Of a DNA stretch of 32,501 nt, positions 9,189 through 17,419 are shown one piece after another. Position 1 is the first letter of the stretch. The number at the start of each line of letters is the position of its first letter. Where the stretch lies: sequence record SRR20825019_934; one strand, 5' to 3'. The position numbers and the translations under genes are program-made. The notes beneath the pieces are model-generated. The model did no database searches. It was not told where the DNA came from and saw nothing but the letters and a program-made list of their open reading frames with translations.

Positions 9189-9243
9189 GCCGCCGGGATG
9201 GCAACGGCCTCCGGCAGGGAAAACGTCCACAGGGAGGAGCACA

Positions 9244-10215
9244 ATGAAGCTCATCATCAAGGCGGCCTTGTTGGCTGCCGCCGCATTGTCGAGTGCGACA
9301 GCCGCTTCGGCGCAGGAAGACCTCAAGGTCGGCGCGATCTACATGGATGCGCAGGGATTTTATGCCGGTGTCCGCAAGGGCATCCAGGACGGCGCGGAAG
9401 ATGCCGGCCGCAATCTCGTCATCGTCGAAACCAACGCCCAGGGCGATGTCAGCAAGGAATCCTCCTTCATTGACTCGCTGATTTCCGCCGATGTCGAGGC
9501 GATCATCGTATCGCCGGTCTCCGCTGACGGCTCCTATCGCGCGATCCGTCGGGCCCACGACGCCGGCATTCCGGTGGTCTGCTACAATACCTGCCTCAAC
9601 GAACAGGACATGAAGGAATACATCTCCGCCTATGCTGTCGGCGACCCTTATGACTTCGGTCACAAGCTCGGCGATGCCGCGGCCGATTACTTCATTGCGG
9701 AAGGTAATGATGCGCCCAAGATCGCCGTGCTGAACTGCGAGTTCGTCGAAGTCTGCATCACTCGCAGAGAGGGTTTCGAGGCAGCGCTGATGGCCAAGGT
9801 GCCGGGCGCCGAGATCGTGGCCAACCAGGAAGGCGCCACCCTCGACAAGGCCGTTTCGGTCGCCACCACCATGCTGACCTCCAATCCTGATGTCGACGCC
9901 TTCTTCGGCGAGGCCGGCGGCGCCACGCTCGGGGCCGCGCGCGCCGTGCGTTCGCAGGGCAGGGAAGGCGAGGTCGTCGTTTTCGGTGGCGACATGACCA
10001 CCGAAATCGCCCAGGAACTTGCCGATTTCACGGTTATCAAGGGCGTTGTCGATATCTCCGGCCAGGGCCTTGGCAAGCTTGCGCTGGCGCAGGCGATCAA
10101 CTCGATCGATGGCACGCCGCCCGAAGGCATCAGGGTGCCGTATGATATCGATCTCTACCAGTCGTCGGAAGATGGCAAGGCCTGGCTCGAGGCGCATGCC
10201 GACGGCATTCCGTGA
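9244..10215 (+). CDS. yphF: Sugar ABC transporter substrate-binding protein, YphF-like
   Basis: Signal peptide; RBS GGGAGGAG; GAIYMDAQGFYAGVR, VCYNTCLN, NCEFVEVC and DMTTEIAQEL closely match E. coli YphF as recalled. Confidence 0.88.
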   Translation: MKLIIKAALLAAAALSSATAASAQEDLKVGAIYMDAQGFYAGVRKGIQDGAEDAGRNLVIVETNAQGDVSKESSFIDSLISADVEAIIVSPVSADGSYRAIRRAHDAGIPVVCYNTCLNEQDMKEYISAYAVGDPYDFGHKLGDAAADYFIAEGNDAPKIAVLNCEFVEVCITRREGFEAALMAKVPGAEIVANQEGATLDKAVSVATTMLTSNPDVDAFFGEAGGATLGAARAVRSQGREGEVVVFGGDMTTEIAQELADFTVIKGVVDISGQGLGKLALAQAINSIDGTPPEGIRVPYDIDLYQSSEDGKAWLEAHADGIP

Positions 10216-10266
10216 TCGACAGTCCGGCCCAATCTGACTGCTGACATGCAGCCGGGCAAACATCGA

Positions 10267-10291
10267 GATGCCGCCGCAACCCGGCGGCATC
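10267..10291 (+). other. Intercistronic hairpin after the binding-protein gene
   Basis: Perfect 10-bp stem GATGCCGCCG-caacc-CGGCGGCATC; no U-tract. Confidence 0.6.
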
Positions 10292-10310
10292 GCCATCAAC
10301 GGGAAGATCA

Positions 10311-11837
10311 ATGACGTCTGCATCTCAGATCAACAGTCCGGAAATGCCGGCGCTCGTCGCCATGACAGGGTGCACGCGGCGCTATCCCGGCGTGCTGGCA
10401 CTCGACAATGCCGATTTCGAGGTCGCGCCGGGCGAAGTGCGCGCGCTTCTTGGCAAGAACGGCGCCGGCAAGTCGACGCTCATTCGCATGCTGACGGGCG
10501 CAGAAGTGCCCGACAGCGGAACCGTCCTGATCGACGGTGAGGAATTGACCCATACGGGTTCCGCCCGCGCGCAGCAGGCCTTTTCGCAGGGCGTGCGGGT
10601 GGTCTATCAGGAACTCAGCCTCATTCCCGGCATGTCGCTCGCCGAGAATCTGTTCCTCGGCCGATGGCCGCGAAAGGGCGGCGTCATCCGCCATCGCACC
10701 ATGATCGCCGAGGCCAACGAGGCAATGCATCGTCTCGGCCTCGAGCTTTCGCCCGATACCCTCGTCTCGGCGCTCAGCCCGGCCGAACGGCAGCTTCTGG
10801 AAATCGCAAGGGCGCTGCTCGGCAATCCCAAACTGGTGATTCTCGATGAGCCGACGAGCTCGCTTGCGGCAGCGGAGGCGGAGAAGGTGATGGCGGCCGT
10901 GACGCGCGTTGCAGCGCAAGGCATCGCGGTGATCTATGTCAGCCACCGGATGAATGAAATCCGCCAGATCGCCCATTCGGCCACGATCATGCGCGATGGC
11001 CGGATCATCGATACCGTCGATGTAAAAAACGCCGACACCCGCGAGATCGTCCGCCTCATGCTCGGCTCGGAAAGCGCCGAGGCGGCCGTGCTGGAAGATG
11101 CAAGCCAGCCGGAAATCGTGCTTGAGGTCAGGGATCTGGCGGTGGCGCCGAAACTGTCGTCGGTGTCGTTCTCGCTCAAGAAAGGCGAGGTTCTGGGGAT
11201 CGCCGGTCTGCTTGGTTCCGGCCGGACGGAACTGTTGCAGGCCATCATGGGGGTGCGTCGCGGCGACGCCGGCGAGATCTTCGCCAATGGCAAGCCGGTC
11301 AAATCGCTCGGCTACAAGCAGATGGTCAAGCTCGGCTTCGGCTATACGCCCGAAAGCCGCAAGGAAGAGGGAATCGTTCCGCTGCTCGGCGTCGATGAGA
11401 ACACCCTGTCGACGCGCTTCGAGGGCGTCACCGTCAACGGCGTCCTGTCGGCGCGGCGGATGGCGGAGGCGACCCGGAAGATCATTGACCGGCTGCATAT
11501 CAAGACGGCGCGGACCGACACGCCGATCGGCACGCTTTCCGGCGGCAACCAGCAAAAGGTCGTGATCGGCCGCTGGGTCTATGCCGGCAGCCGCATCCTT
11601 CTGCTCGACGAGCCCACCCGCGGCGTCGATATCGAGGCCAAGGCCCAGATCTATTCCATCATTCGCGAACTTGCCGCCGAAGGCCGCAGCATCGTTTTCG
11701 TCTCCAGCGAGATCGAGGAACTGCCGCTGGTGTGCGACCGGGTGCTGGTCCTCAGGGACGGCGCGCTCCGGGAAGAGTTCCGTTCCCCCAACATCGATCA
11801 GGACACCTTGATGGCGGCCTGCATTTCAGGACACTGA
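10311..11837 (+). CDS. yphE: Sugar ABC transporter ATP-binding protein (double NBD), YphE-like
   Basis: GKNGAGKST, LDEPTSSL, LSGGNQQK, LDEPTRGVD. Confidence 0.9.
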   Translation: MTSASQINSPEMPALVAMTGCTRRYPGVLALDNADFEVAPGEVRALLGKNGAGKSTLIRMLTGAEVPDSGTVLIDGEELTHTGSARAQQAFSQGVRVVYQELSLIPGMSLAENLFLGRWPRKGGVIRHRTMIAEANEAMHRLGLELSPDTLVSALSPAERQLLEIARALLGNPKLVILDEPTSSLAAAEAEKVMAAVTRVAAQGIAVIYVSHRMNEIRQIAHSATIMRDGRIIDTVDVKNADTREIVRLMLGSESAEAAVLEDASQPEIVLEVRDLAVAPKLSSVSFSLKKGEVLGIAGLLGSGRTELLQAIMGVRRGDAGEIFANGKPVKSLGYKQMVKLGFGYTPESRKEEGIVPLLGVDENTLSTRFEGVTVNGVLSARRMAEATRKIIDRLHIKTARTDTPIGTLSGGNQQKVVIGRWVYAGSRILLLDEPTRGVDIEAKAQIYSIIRELAAEGRSIVFVSSEIEELPLVCDRVLVLRDGALREEFRSPNIDQDTLMAACISGH

Positions 11838-11848
11838 CGGAGACGATG

Positions 11849-12850
11849 ATGTCGCACAATAACGCTGCCGACCCGGCCGCACCGAAGAAGAAAAGCGGCT
11901 TTGGCGTTTCGAAGCATATCAACGAACTCAGCCTGTTTGTGGCAATCGCGTTGCTTTATGTGATTTTCGGAACAACCGCCTACGGCTTCCTGTCGTTCAA
12001 CAATCAGGTGAATATTCTCCGCGATGCGGCGACGATCGGCATCGCGGCGTGGGCGATGACGCTGATCATCATCTCCGGCGAGATCGATGTCAGCGTCGGT
12101 CCGATGGTCGCTTTCGTCTCCGTCGCGCTGGCCTATCTGCTGCAATGGGGCTTCCCCACGCCGATAGCCTTCCTGCTGGCGGTAGCGCTCGGCGCCGGGC
12201 TCGGCGGCATTTCCGGCGTGCTGCGCGCCTATTTCGATGTGCCGTCCTTCGTCGCCACGCTCGGCATGTGGAGCGCGCTGCGCGGTCTGGCGCTGTTTTT
12301 CACGGATGCGCTGCCTGTCTCGATCGGGCGCAACGATACGCTGGATGCGCTCGACCGTTCGGTGCTGGGCATCCCGCCGGCGGCGATCATCATGCTCGTC
12401 CTGTTCGCGGCCTTCGCCTTCGTCAGCCGCAAGACGGCGTTCGGGCGGTCGGTGTTCGCGATTGGCGGCAATGCGCATGCGGCCTATCTCAGCGGCATCA
12501 ACGTATCGCGGATTCGCGTGGCGATCTTTGCGATCGGCGGCGCGATGGCGGCGATCTCCGGTATCCTGCTGGTCTCGCGTCTCGGCTCGGGCAATGCGAC
12601 GGCGGCAAGCGGCCTCGAATTCGATGTGATCGCGGCCGTGGTCGTCGGCGGCACGGCGCTCTCCGGCGGCCGCGGCTCCATGCTGGGAACGCTGCTCGGC
12701 GTTCTGGTGATCACGCTCATCGGCAACGGCCTGGTGCTTCTCGGCATCAATCCCTTCTTCCAGCAGGTCGTCCGGGGGCTCATCATCGTTGTCGCCGTGC
12801 TCGCCAACATGCAGGCGATCAAGCGCAGCCTGGCCCGCAACAAGGGGTGA
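11849..12850 (+). CDS. yphD: Sugar ABC transporter permease, YphD-like
   Basis: IISGEIDVSVG, VPSFVATLG, AAVVVGGTALSGGRG; start 11846 or 11849. Confidence 0.9.
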   Translation: MSHNNAADPAAPKKKSGFGVSKHINELSLFVAIALLYVIFGTTAYGFLSFNNQVNILRDAATIGIAAWAMTLIIISGEIDVSVGPMVAFVSVALAYLLQWGFPTPIAFLLAVALGAGLGGISGVLRAYFDVPSFVATLGMWSALRGLALFFTDALPVSIGRNDTLDALDRSVLGIPPAAIIMLVLFAAFAFVSRKTAFGRSVFAIGGNAHAAYLSGINVSRIRVAIFAIGGAMAAISGILLVSRLGSGNATAASGLEFDVIAAVVVGGTALSGGRGSMLGTLLGVLVITLIGNGLVLLGINPFFQQVVRGLIIVVAVLANMQAIKRSLARNKG

Positions 12851-12856
12851 GGGCAG

Positions 12857-13744
12857 ATGACGGTGGTTGATATCAGCTCCGGCGCCCTGTCACTGAGGGC
12901 ATCCACCAATGGCGGCGTGATCCTCGGCTTCTGGCGGGAGGGGGAAGGCGGCCGTGTGCCGTTGCTGCGTCCGGCACCTGACGGGGCGGATGCGCTGTCG
13001 TCGTCGTGTTACCCGCTGGTGCCGTTCGGAAACCGGGTGAGGGACAACCGGTTCGACTTCATGGGCCAAAAATACGCCCTGACCGCGAATACCGACTGGG
13101 ATCCGCATTACCTGCATGGCGAAGGATGGCTTTCGGACTGGGCGATCGAACAACACGAGGCCGACCGGCTGGCGATGCGTTTCCGCCATTCAGGCGGCGG
13201 CACGCCCTATGTCTACGAGGCGTGGCAGAGTTTTTCGCTTGGCGACGGTGAATTGCAGCTTACCCTCACCGTCGAGAACCAGGGGAGCGAGGCCCTGCCG
13301 TTCGGCCTCGGCTGGCATCCCTATTTCCCGATGACGCCGGAAACGACGCTGATGGCGCCGGCGCGAAAATTCTGGACCGAGGTCGAGGGATGGCTGCCGG
13401 GCGAAGCAACCGAGATTCCGCAGGACCTCGATTTCAGCAAAGCGGCACCCCTGCCGCACCGCTGGGTCAACAATGGCTTCGAGGACTGGTCCGGCGAAGC
13501 GGTGATTACCTGGCCGGAACGCGCGACGCGGCTTTCCCTGAAGGCGGAACCGCTGTTCAGGCACGCTTTCCTGTTCGTCTCGGATACCGCGTTCGACCCC
13601 GACTTTGCGCGGGACTATTTCTGTTTCGAACCGATGTCGCATCTGGCGGACGGGCACAATATGCCGGATCTCGGAGGGCTTCGCGTTCTTCAGCCCGGTG
13701 AGAAACTGTCGGGCAGCATCTGGCTGGGAGCGCAGGACCTATGA
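12857..13744 (+). CDS. yphB: Aldose 1-epimerase (mutarotase) family protein, YphB-like
   Basis: PLVPFGNR, YLHGEGW, GLGWHPYF, FCFEPMSH; FVSDTAFD segment as in YphB. Confidence 0.88.
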   Translation: MTVVDISSGALSLRASTNGGVILGFWREGEGGRVPLLRPAPDGADALSSSCYPLVPFGNRVRDNRFDFMGQKYALTANTDWDPHYLHGEGWLSDWAIEQHEADRLAMRFRHSGGGTPYVYEAWQSFSLGDGELQLTLTVENQGSEALPFGLGWHPYFPMTPETTLMAPARKFWTEVEGWLPGEATEIPQDLDFSKAAPLPHRWVNNGFEDWSGEAVITWPERATRLSLKAEPLFRHAFLFVSDTAFDPDFARDYFCFEPMSHLADGHNMPDLGGLRVLQPGEKLSGSIWLGAQDL

Positions 13745-15378
13745 GTGATCGCAACGAAACCACCGGGCAGGGACGCTACGACTATATCCTCGTCGGCGGC
13801 GGCAGTTCGGCCTGCGTGGTCGCGGCCGGTCTGGTCGAAAGCGGCGCGAGCGTGCTCATGCTGGAGCGCGGCCCGGCGAAGGCCAGCCCGATCATGCATT
13901 TCCCCGCCGGCTACATGAAGTTCCTGGCAAAGGACACTTATCTTTCGATGCACAAGACCGAGCCCCAGCATCAGCTTGACGGGCGCGGGCCGATCGTGCC
14001 GCAGGGCAAGGTGCTTGGCGGCGGCAGCACGGTCAACGCCATGGTCTACATGCGCGGTCAGGCGGCCGATTTCGACCTCTGGAACGAATTGGTGACGGAC
14101 GGCGAAAACGACGGCGCATGGTCCTACCGGGATATTCTGCCCTACTTCAAGGCGCAGGAAGACAACGACCATCTCGCCGGCGAATATCACGGCGTCGGCG
14201 GCCCGCTGAAAATCTCCGATCTCGGCCACACCAGCCCGATGACCCGCATTTATGTCAAAACCCTTCAGGGCATGGGCATTCCCTACAACCCGGATTTCAA
14301 CGGTGCGCACCAGTTCGGCGTCGGTTTCATGCAGCACACCATCGACTGGCGGACGCGTCGGCGCTGCAGCGCGGTCGACGCGTTTCTGGAGCCGGTCATG
14401 GCCAATCCGCTGCTGACGATCGTGACCGGGGCAACGGTCACGGCGATCCGCATGGAGGGCGACCGGGCGGTCGGCGTCGATTACGTGCGCGGCGGGGCCG
14501 GAACGTCCGCGTTCGCGGACAGCGAAGTGATTTTGGCGGCTGGGGCATATCAGACGCCCAAACTGCTGATGCTTTCCGGGATCGGGCCGGAGGACGAACT
14601 CGCCCGCCACGGCATCGGGGTCAGGGTCCCGCTTGCCGGCGTCGGGCGCAATCTGCAGGATCATTATGAATGCCCTGTGGTCGCCACCACCAAGGGGGCT
14701 TTCGGCTATTACGGGCAGGATCGCGGCTGGCCGATGATCAAGGCGGGCCTTCAGTACCTGCTGTTCAAATCCGGCCCGGCTACGACGACCGGCGTCGAAA
14801 CCTGCGCCTTCCACGATCCGGAGGGCAATAACGATCGGCCGACGATCCAGATGTTCTGCGTGCCGACCGTCTATCTCGACCGCGATGTGATGGGCACGGA
14901 CCCCGGCGATGGTGTGACCATCAATTCGCTGCTTCTGCGGCCGAAGTCGCGCGGCTCGGTGACGCTCACCTCCAGCGATCCGTTCGCCGATCCGGTGGTC
15001 GATACCCGGATTTTCAGCCACCCCGACGATCTCAGGGTGACGATGGCGGGTTTGCGTTACGCCCGCACCGTGCTCGCCGCCTCGCCGATGCGCGAACTGA
15101 TCGACAGGGAAATTTTTCCGGGCGCCGATGTGACCAGCGACGAGGCGATCGCGACGCATTGCAAGCGCACCGTCAAGACCGGCTATCACCCGGTCGGCAC
15201 CTGCCGGATGGGCCGCGACGATGATCCGGACGCCGTGCTCGACAGTCGCCTCCGGGTCCGGGGCACAAGGGGCCTCAGGGTCATCGACGCCTCGCTGATG
15301 CCGACCATCGTCAGCGGCAACACCAATGCCGCCGTTCTTGCCGCCGCCGCCAAGGCGACCGACCTCATACTTCCCTGA
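13741..15378 (+). CDS. GMC-family FAD oxidoreductase (cytoplasmic)
   Basis: DYILVGGGSS, GKVLGGGSTVNAMVY, GVGRNLQDH, YHPVGTC, SGNTNA (His/Asn pair); no signal peptide. Confidence 0.93.
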   Translation: MSDRNETTGQGRYDYILVGGGSSACVVAAGLVESGASVLMLERGPAKASPIMHFPAGYMKFLAKDTYLSMHKTEPQHQLDGRGPIVPQGKVLGGGSTVNAMVYMRGQAADFDLWNELVTDGENDGAWSYRDILPYFKAQEDNDHLAGEYHGVGGPLKISDLGHTSPMTRIYVKTLQGMGIPYNPDFNGAHQFGVGFMQHTIDWRTRRRCSAVDAFLEPVMANPLLTIVTGATVTAIRMEGDRAVGVDYVRGGAGTSAFADSEVILAAGAYQTPKLLMLSGIGPEDELARHGIGVRVPLAGVGRNLQDHYECPVVATTKGAFGYYGQDRGWPMIKAGLQYLLFKSGPATTTGVETCAFHDPEGNNDRPTIQMFCVPTVYLDRDVMGTDPGDGVTINSLLLRPKSRGSVTLTSSDPFADPVVDTRIFSHPDDLRVTMAGLRYARTVLAASPMRELIDREIFPGADVTSDEAIATHCKRTVKTGYHPVGTCRMGRDDDPDAVLDSRLRVRGTRGLRVIDASLMPTIVSGNTNAAVLAAAAKATDLILP

Positions 15379-15390
15379 TCGGAACCCGAC

Positions 15391-16539
15391 ATGAAGATCA
15401 CCAAGCTCACCACCTATCTGGCCCCGCCGCGCTGGCTGTTTCTGAAGATCGAGACCGATGAGGGCATTGTCGGCTGGGGCGAGCCGGTTGTGGAAGGCCG
15501 CGCGCTCACCGTTCAGGCGGCCGTCAACGAGATGGCGGATTACCTCATCGGCAAGGATCCGTTCCTGATCGAGGATCACTGGACCGTGCTTTATCGCGGC
15601 GGGTTCTACCGGGGCGGCGCGATCCACATGTCGGCGCTGGCGGGTATCGACCAGGCGCTGTGGGATATCAAGGGCAAGGCGCTCGGGCAGCCGGTCCACG
15701 CGCTGCTCGGCGGCCAGTTGAGGAACCGCATCAAGGTCTATTCGTGGATCGGCGGCGACCGTCCTTCCGACGTTGCAAGGAACGCGAAAGAGGTGGTCGC
15801 GCGCGGCTTCAAGGCCATCAAGCTCAATGGCTGCGAGGAAATGCAGATCGTCGATACCAATGAGAAGGTCGAAAAGGCAGTGGAGACCATCGCGATCATC
15901 CGCGAGGTCGTCGGTCCCCATATCGGCATCGGTGTTGATTTTCACGGTCGGGTCCACAAGCCTATGGCCAAGGTTTTGGCCAAGGAGCTGGAGCCCTACA
16001 AGCTGATGTTCATCGAGGAGCCGGTGCTTTCGGAAAACAGGGAAGCCCTGAGGGAGATCGCCAACCATTCCTCCACGCCGATAGCACTTGGGGAGCGGCT
16101 CTATTCGCGCTGGGATTTCAAGCCGATCTTCGAGGGCGGCTATGTCGACATCATCCAGCCGGATCTGTCGCATGCCGGCGGCATCACCGAATGCCGCAAG
16201 ATCGCCGCCATGGCGGAGGCGTACGACGTCGCGCTGGCGCCGCATTGTCCGCTCGGGCCGATCGCGCTTGCCGCCTGCCTTCAGGTGGATGCCGTCGCCT
16301 ACAACGCCTTCATCCAGGAGCAGAGCCTGGGGATCCACTATAACGAGACCAACGACATTCTGGACTATATTTCGAACAAGGACGTCTTCGAATATGCCGA
16401 TGGCTTCGTCAGCATACCGCAGGGGCCGGGGCTGGGCATCGAGATCGACGAGGCCTATGTGATCGAGCGCGCCAGAGAAGGCCATCGCTGGCGCAATCCG
16501 ATCTGGCGTCATCCGGATGGAAGTTTCGCGGAGTGGTGA
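15391..16539 (+). CDS. dgoD: D-galactonate dehydratase
   Basis: [61 protein letters not shown]. Confidence 0.96.
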   Translation: MKITKLTTYLAPPRWLFLKIETDEGIVGWGEPVVEGRALTVQAAVNEMADYLIGKDPFLIEDHWTVLYRGGFYRGGAIHMSALAGIDQALWDIKGKALGQPVHALLGGQLRNRIKVYSWIGGDRPSDVARNAKEVVARGFKAIKLNGCEEMQIVDTNEKVEKAVETIAIIREVVGPHIGIGVDFHGRVHKPMAKVLAKELEPYKLMFIEEPVLSENREALREIANHSSTPIALGERLYSRWDFKPIFEGGYVDIIQPDLSHAGGITECRKIAAMAEAYDVALAPHCPLGPIALAACLQVDAVAYNAFIQEQSLGIHYNETNDILDYISNKDVFEYADGFVSIPQGPGLGIEIDEAYVIERAREGHRWRNPIWRHPDGSFAEW

Positions 16540-16549
16540 GGAGAGTACA

Positions 16550-17329
16550 ATGACGGGACGGCTTTCCGGCAAGAATATATTCGTCACGGGCGCGGCGCAG
16601 GGCATCGGTCTTGCGATCGCAAAGGCCTTCGCGAACGAAGGTGCGTCGCTGTTCATGGTCGACCGCGATGGCGCGCTTCTGGAACGCGAGGCCAGGGCGC
16701 TTGGCGCGCGTGGAGGAGCGATCGGCTGGTGCGCCGCCGATATCACGGATGCCGGCGCGATCGCGGCCGCGATGCGTCAGGCGGCGAAGGAAATCGGACC
16801 GGTCAACGCCTTGGTCAACAATGCCGGCGTCAACGTCTTTGCCGAACCGCTCGAGACGAGCGACGAGGAATGGAACCGCTGCTTCGACATCAATCTCAAG
16901 GGCGCGTGGAACTGCTGCAAGGCCGCGCTTCCGGGCATGATCGCGGCTGACGGCGGCGTCATCCTCAACATCGCCTCCACCCATGCCTTCACCATCATCC
17001 CGCATACCTTTCCCTATCCGCTGGCAAAGCATGCGCTGCTCGGCATGACCAAGTCCCTCGGCCTTGAATATGCCGCACGCAACATTCGGGTAAACGCGCT
17101 GGCGCCCGGCTATGTGGCGACGCAGAAGGTCATCGACTACTGGAACAGTTTTCCCGATCCCGAGGCTGCGAAAGCGGAGACCATGAGCCTCCATCCCGGC
17201 GGCCGGATCGCCACCCCCGGCGAGATCGCGATGGCGGCGGTGTTCATGATCTCCGACGAATGCCCGTTCATGAATGCGACCTGCCTGACGGTCGACGGCG
17301 GCCTCAGCGTCCAGCAACATCCTGCCTGA
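16550..17329 (+). CDS. Short-chain dehydrogenase of the dgo-associated type (candidate galactose 1-dehydrogenase)
   Basis: TGAAQGIG, NNAG, STHAFTIIPHTFPYPLAKH (YxxxK); RBS GAGGAG. Confidence 0.85.
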   Translation: MTGRLSGKNIFVTGAAQGIGLAIAKAFANEGASLFMVDRDGALLEREARALGARGGAIGWCAADITDAGAIAAAMRQAAKEIGPVNALVNNAGVNVFAEPLETSDEEWNRCFDINLKGAWNCCKAALPGMIAADGGVILNIASTHAFTIIPHTFPYPLAKHALLGMTKSLGLEYAARNIRVNALAPGYVATQKVIDYWNSFPDPEAAKAETMSLHPGGRIATPGEIAMAAVFMISDECPFMNATCLTVDGGLSVQQHPA

Positions 17330-17419
17330 ACCGGACCGGTATCGGCATCAGCCGGTTGGGCCGGTAGCTGTTGCAGGGCTGGCAGTCTAAAAAAGTCCGC
17401 CGCTATGGCCGTCGTCCGG

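Noticed and set aside
13741-15378. Calling this gene betA (choline dehydrogenase)
   Set aside because: Only generic GMC motifs; no betB/betI context; lies in a sugar operon.
13690-16746. 1018-aa minus-strand ORF
   Set aside because: Antisense shadow of GMC, dgoD and SDR in high-GC DNA; no recognisable motifs.
17330-17400. Terminator or IS end after the SDR
   Set aside because: Only an imperfect ACCGG/CCGGT stem and a weak CTGTTGCA match; not convincing.
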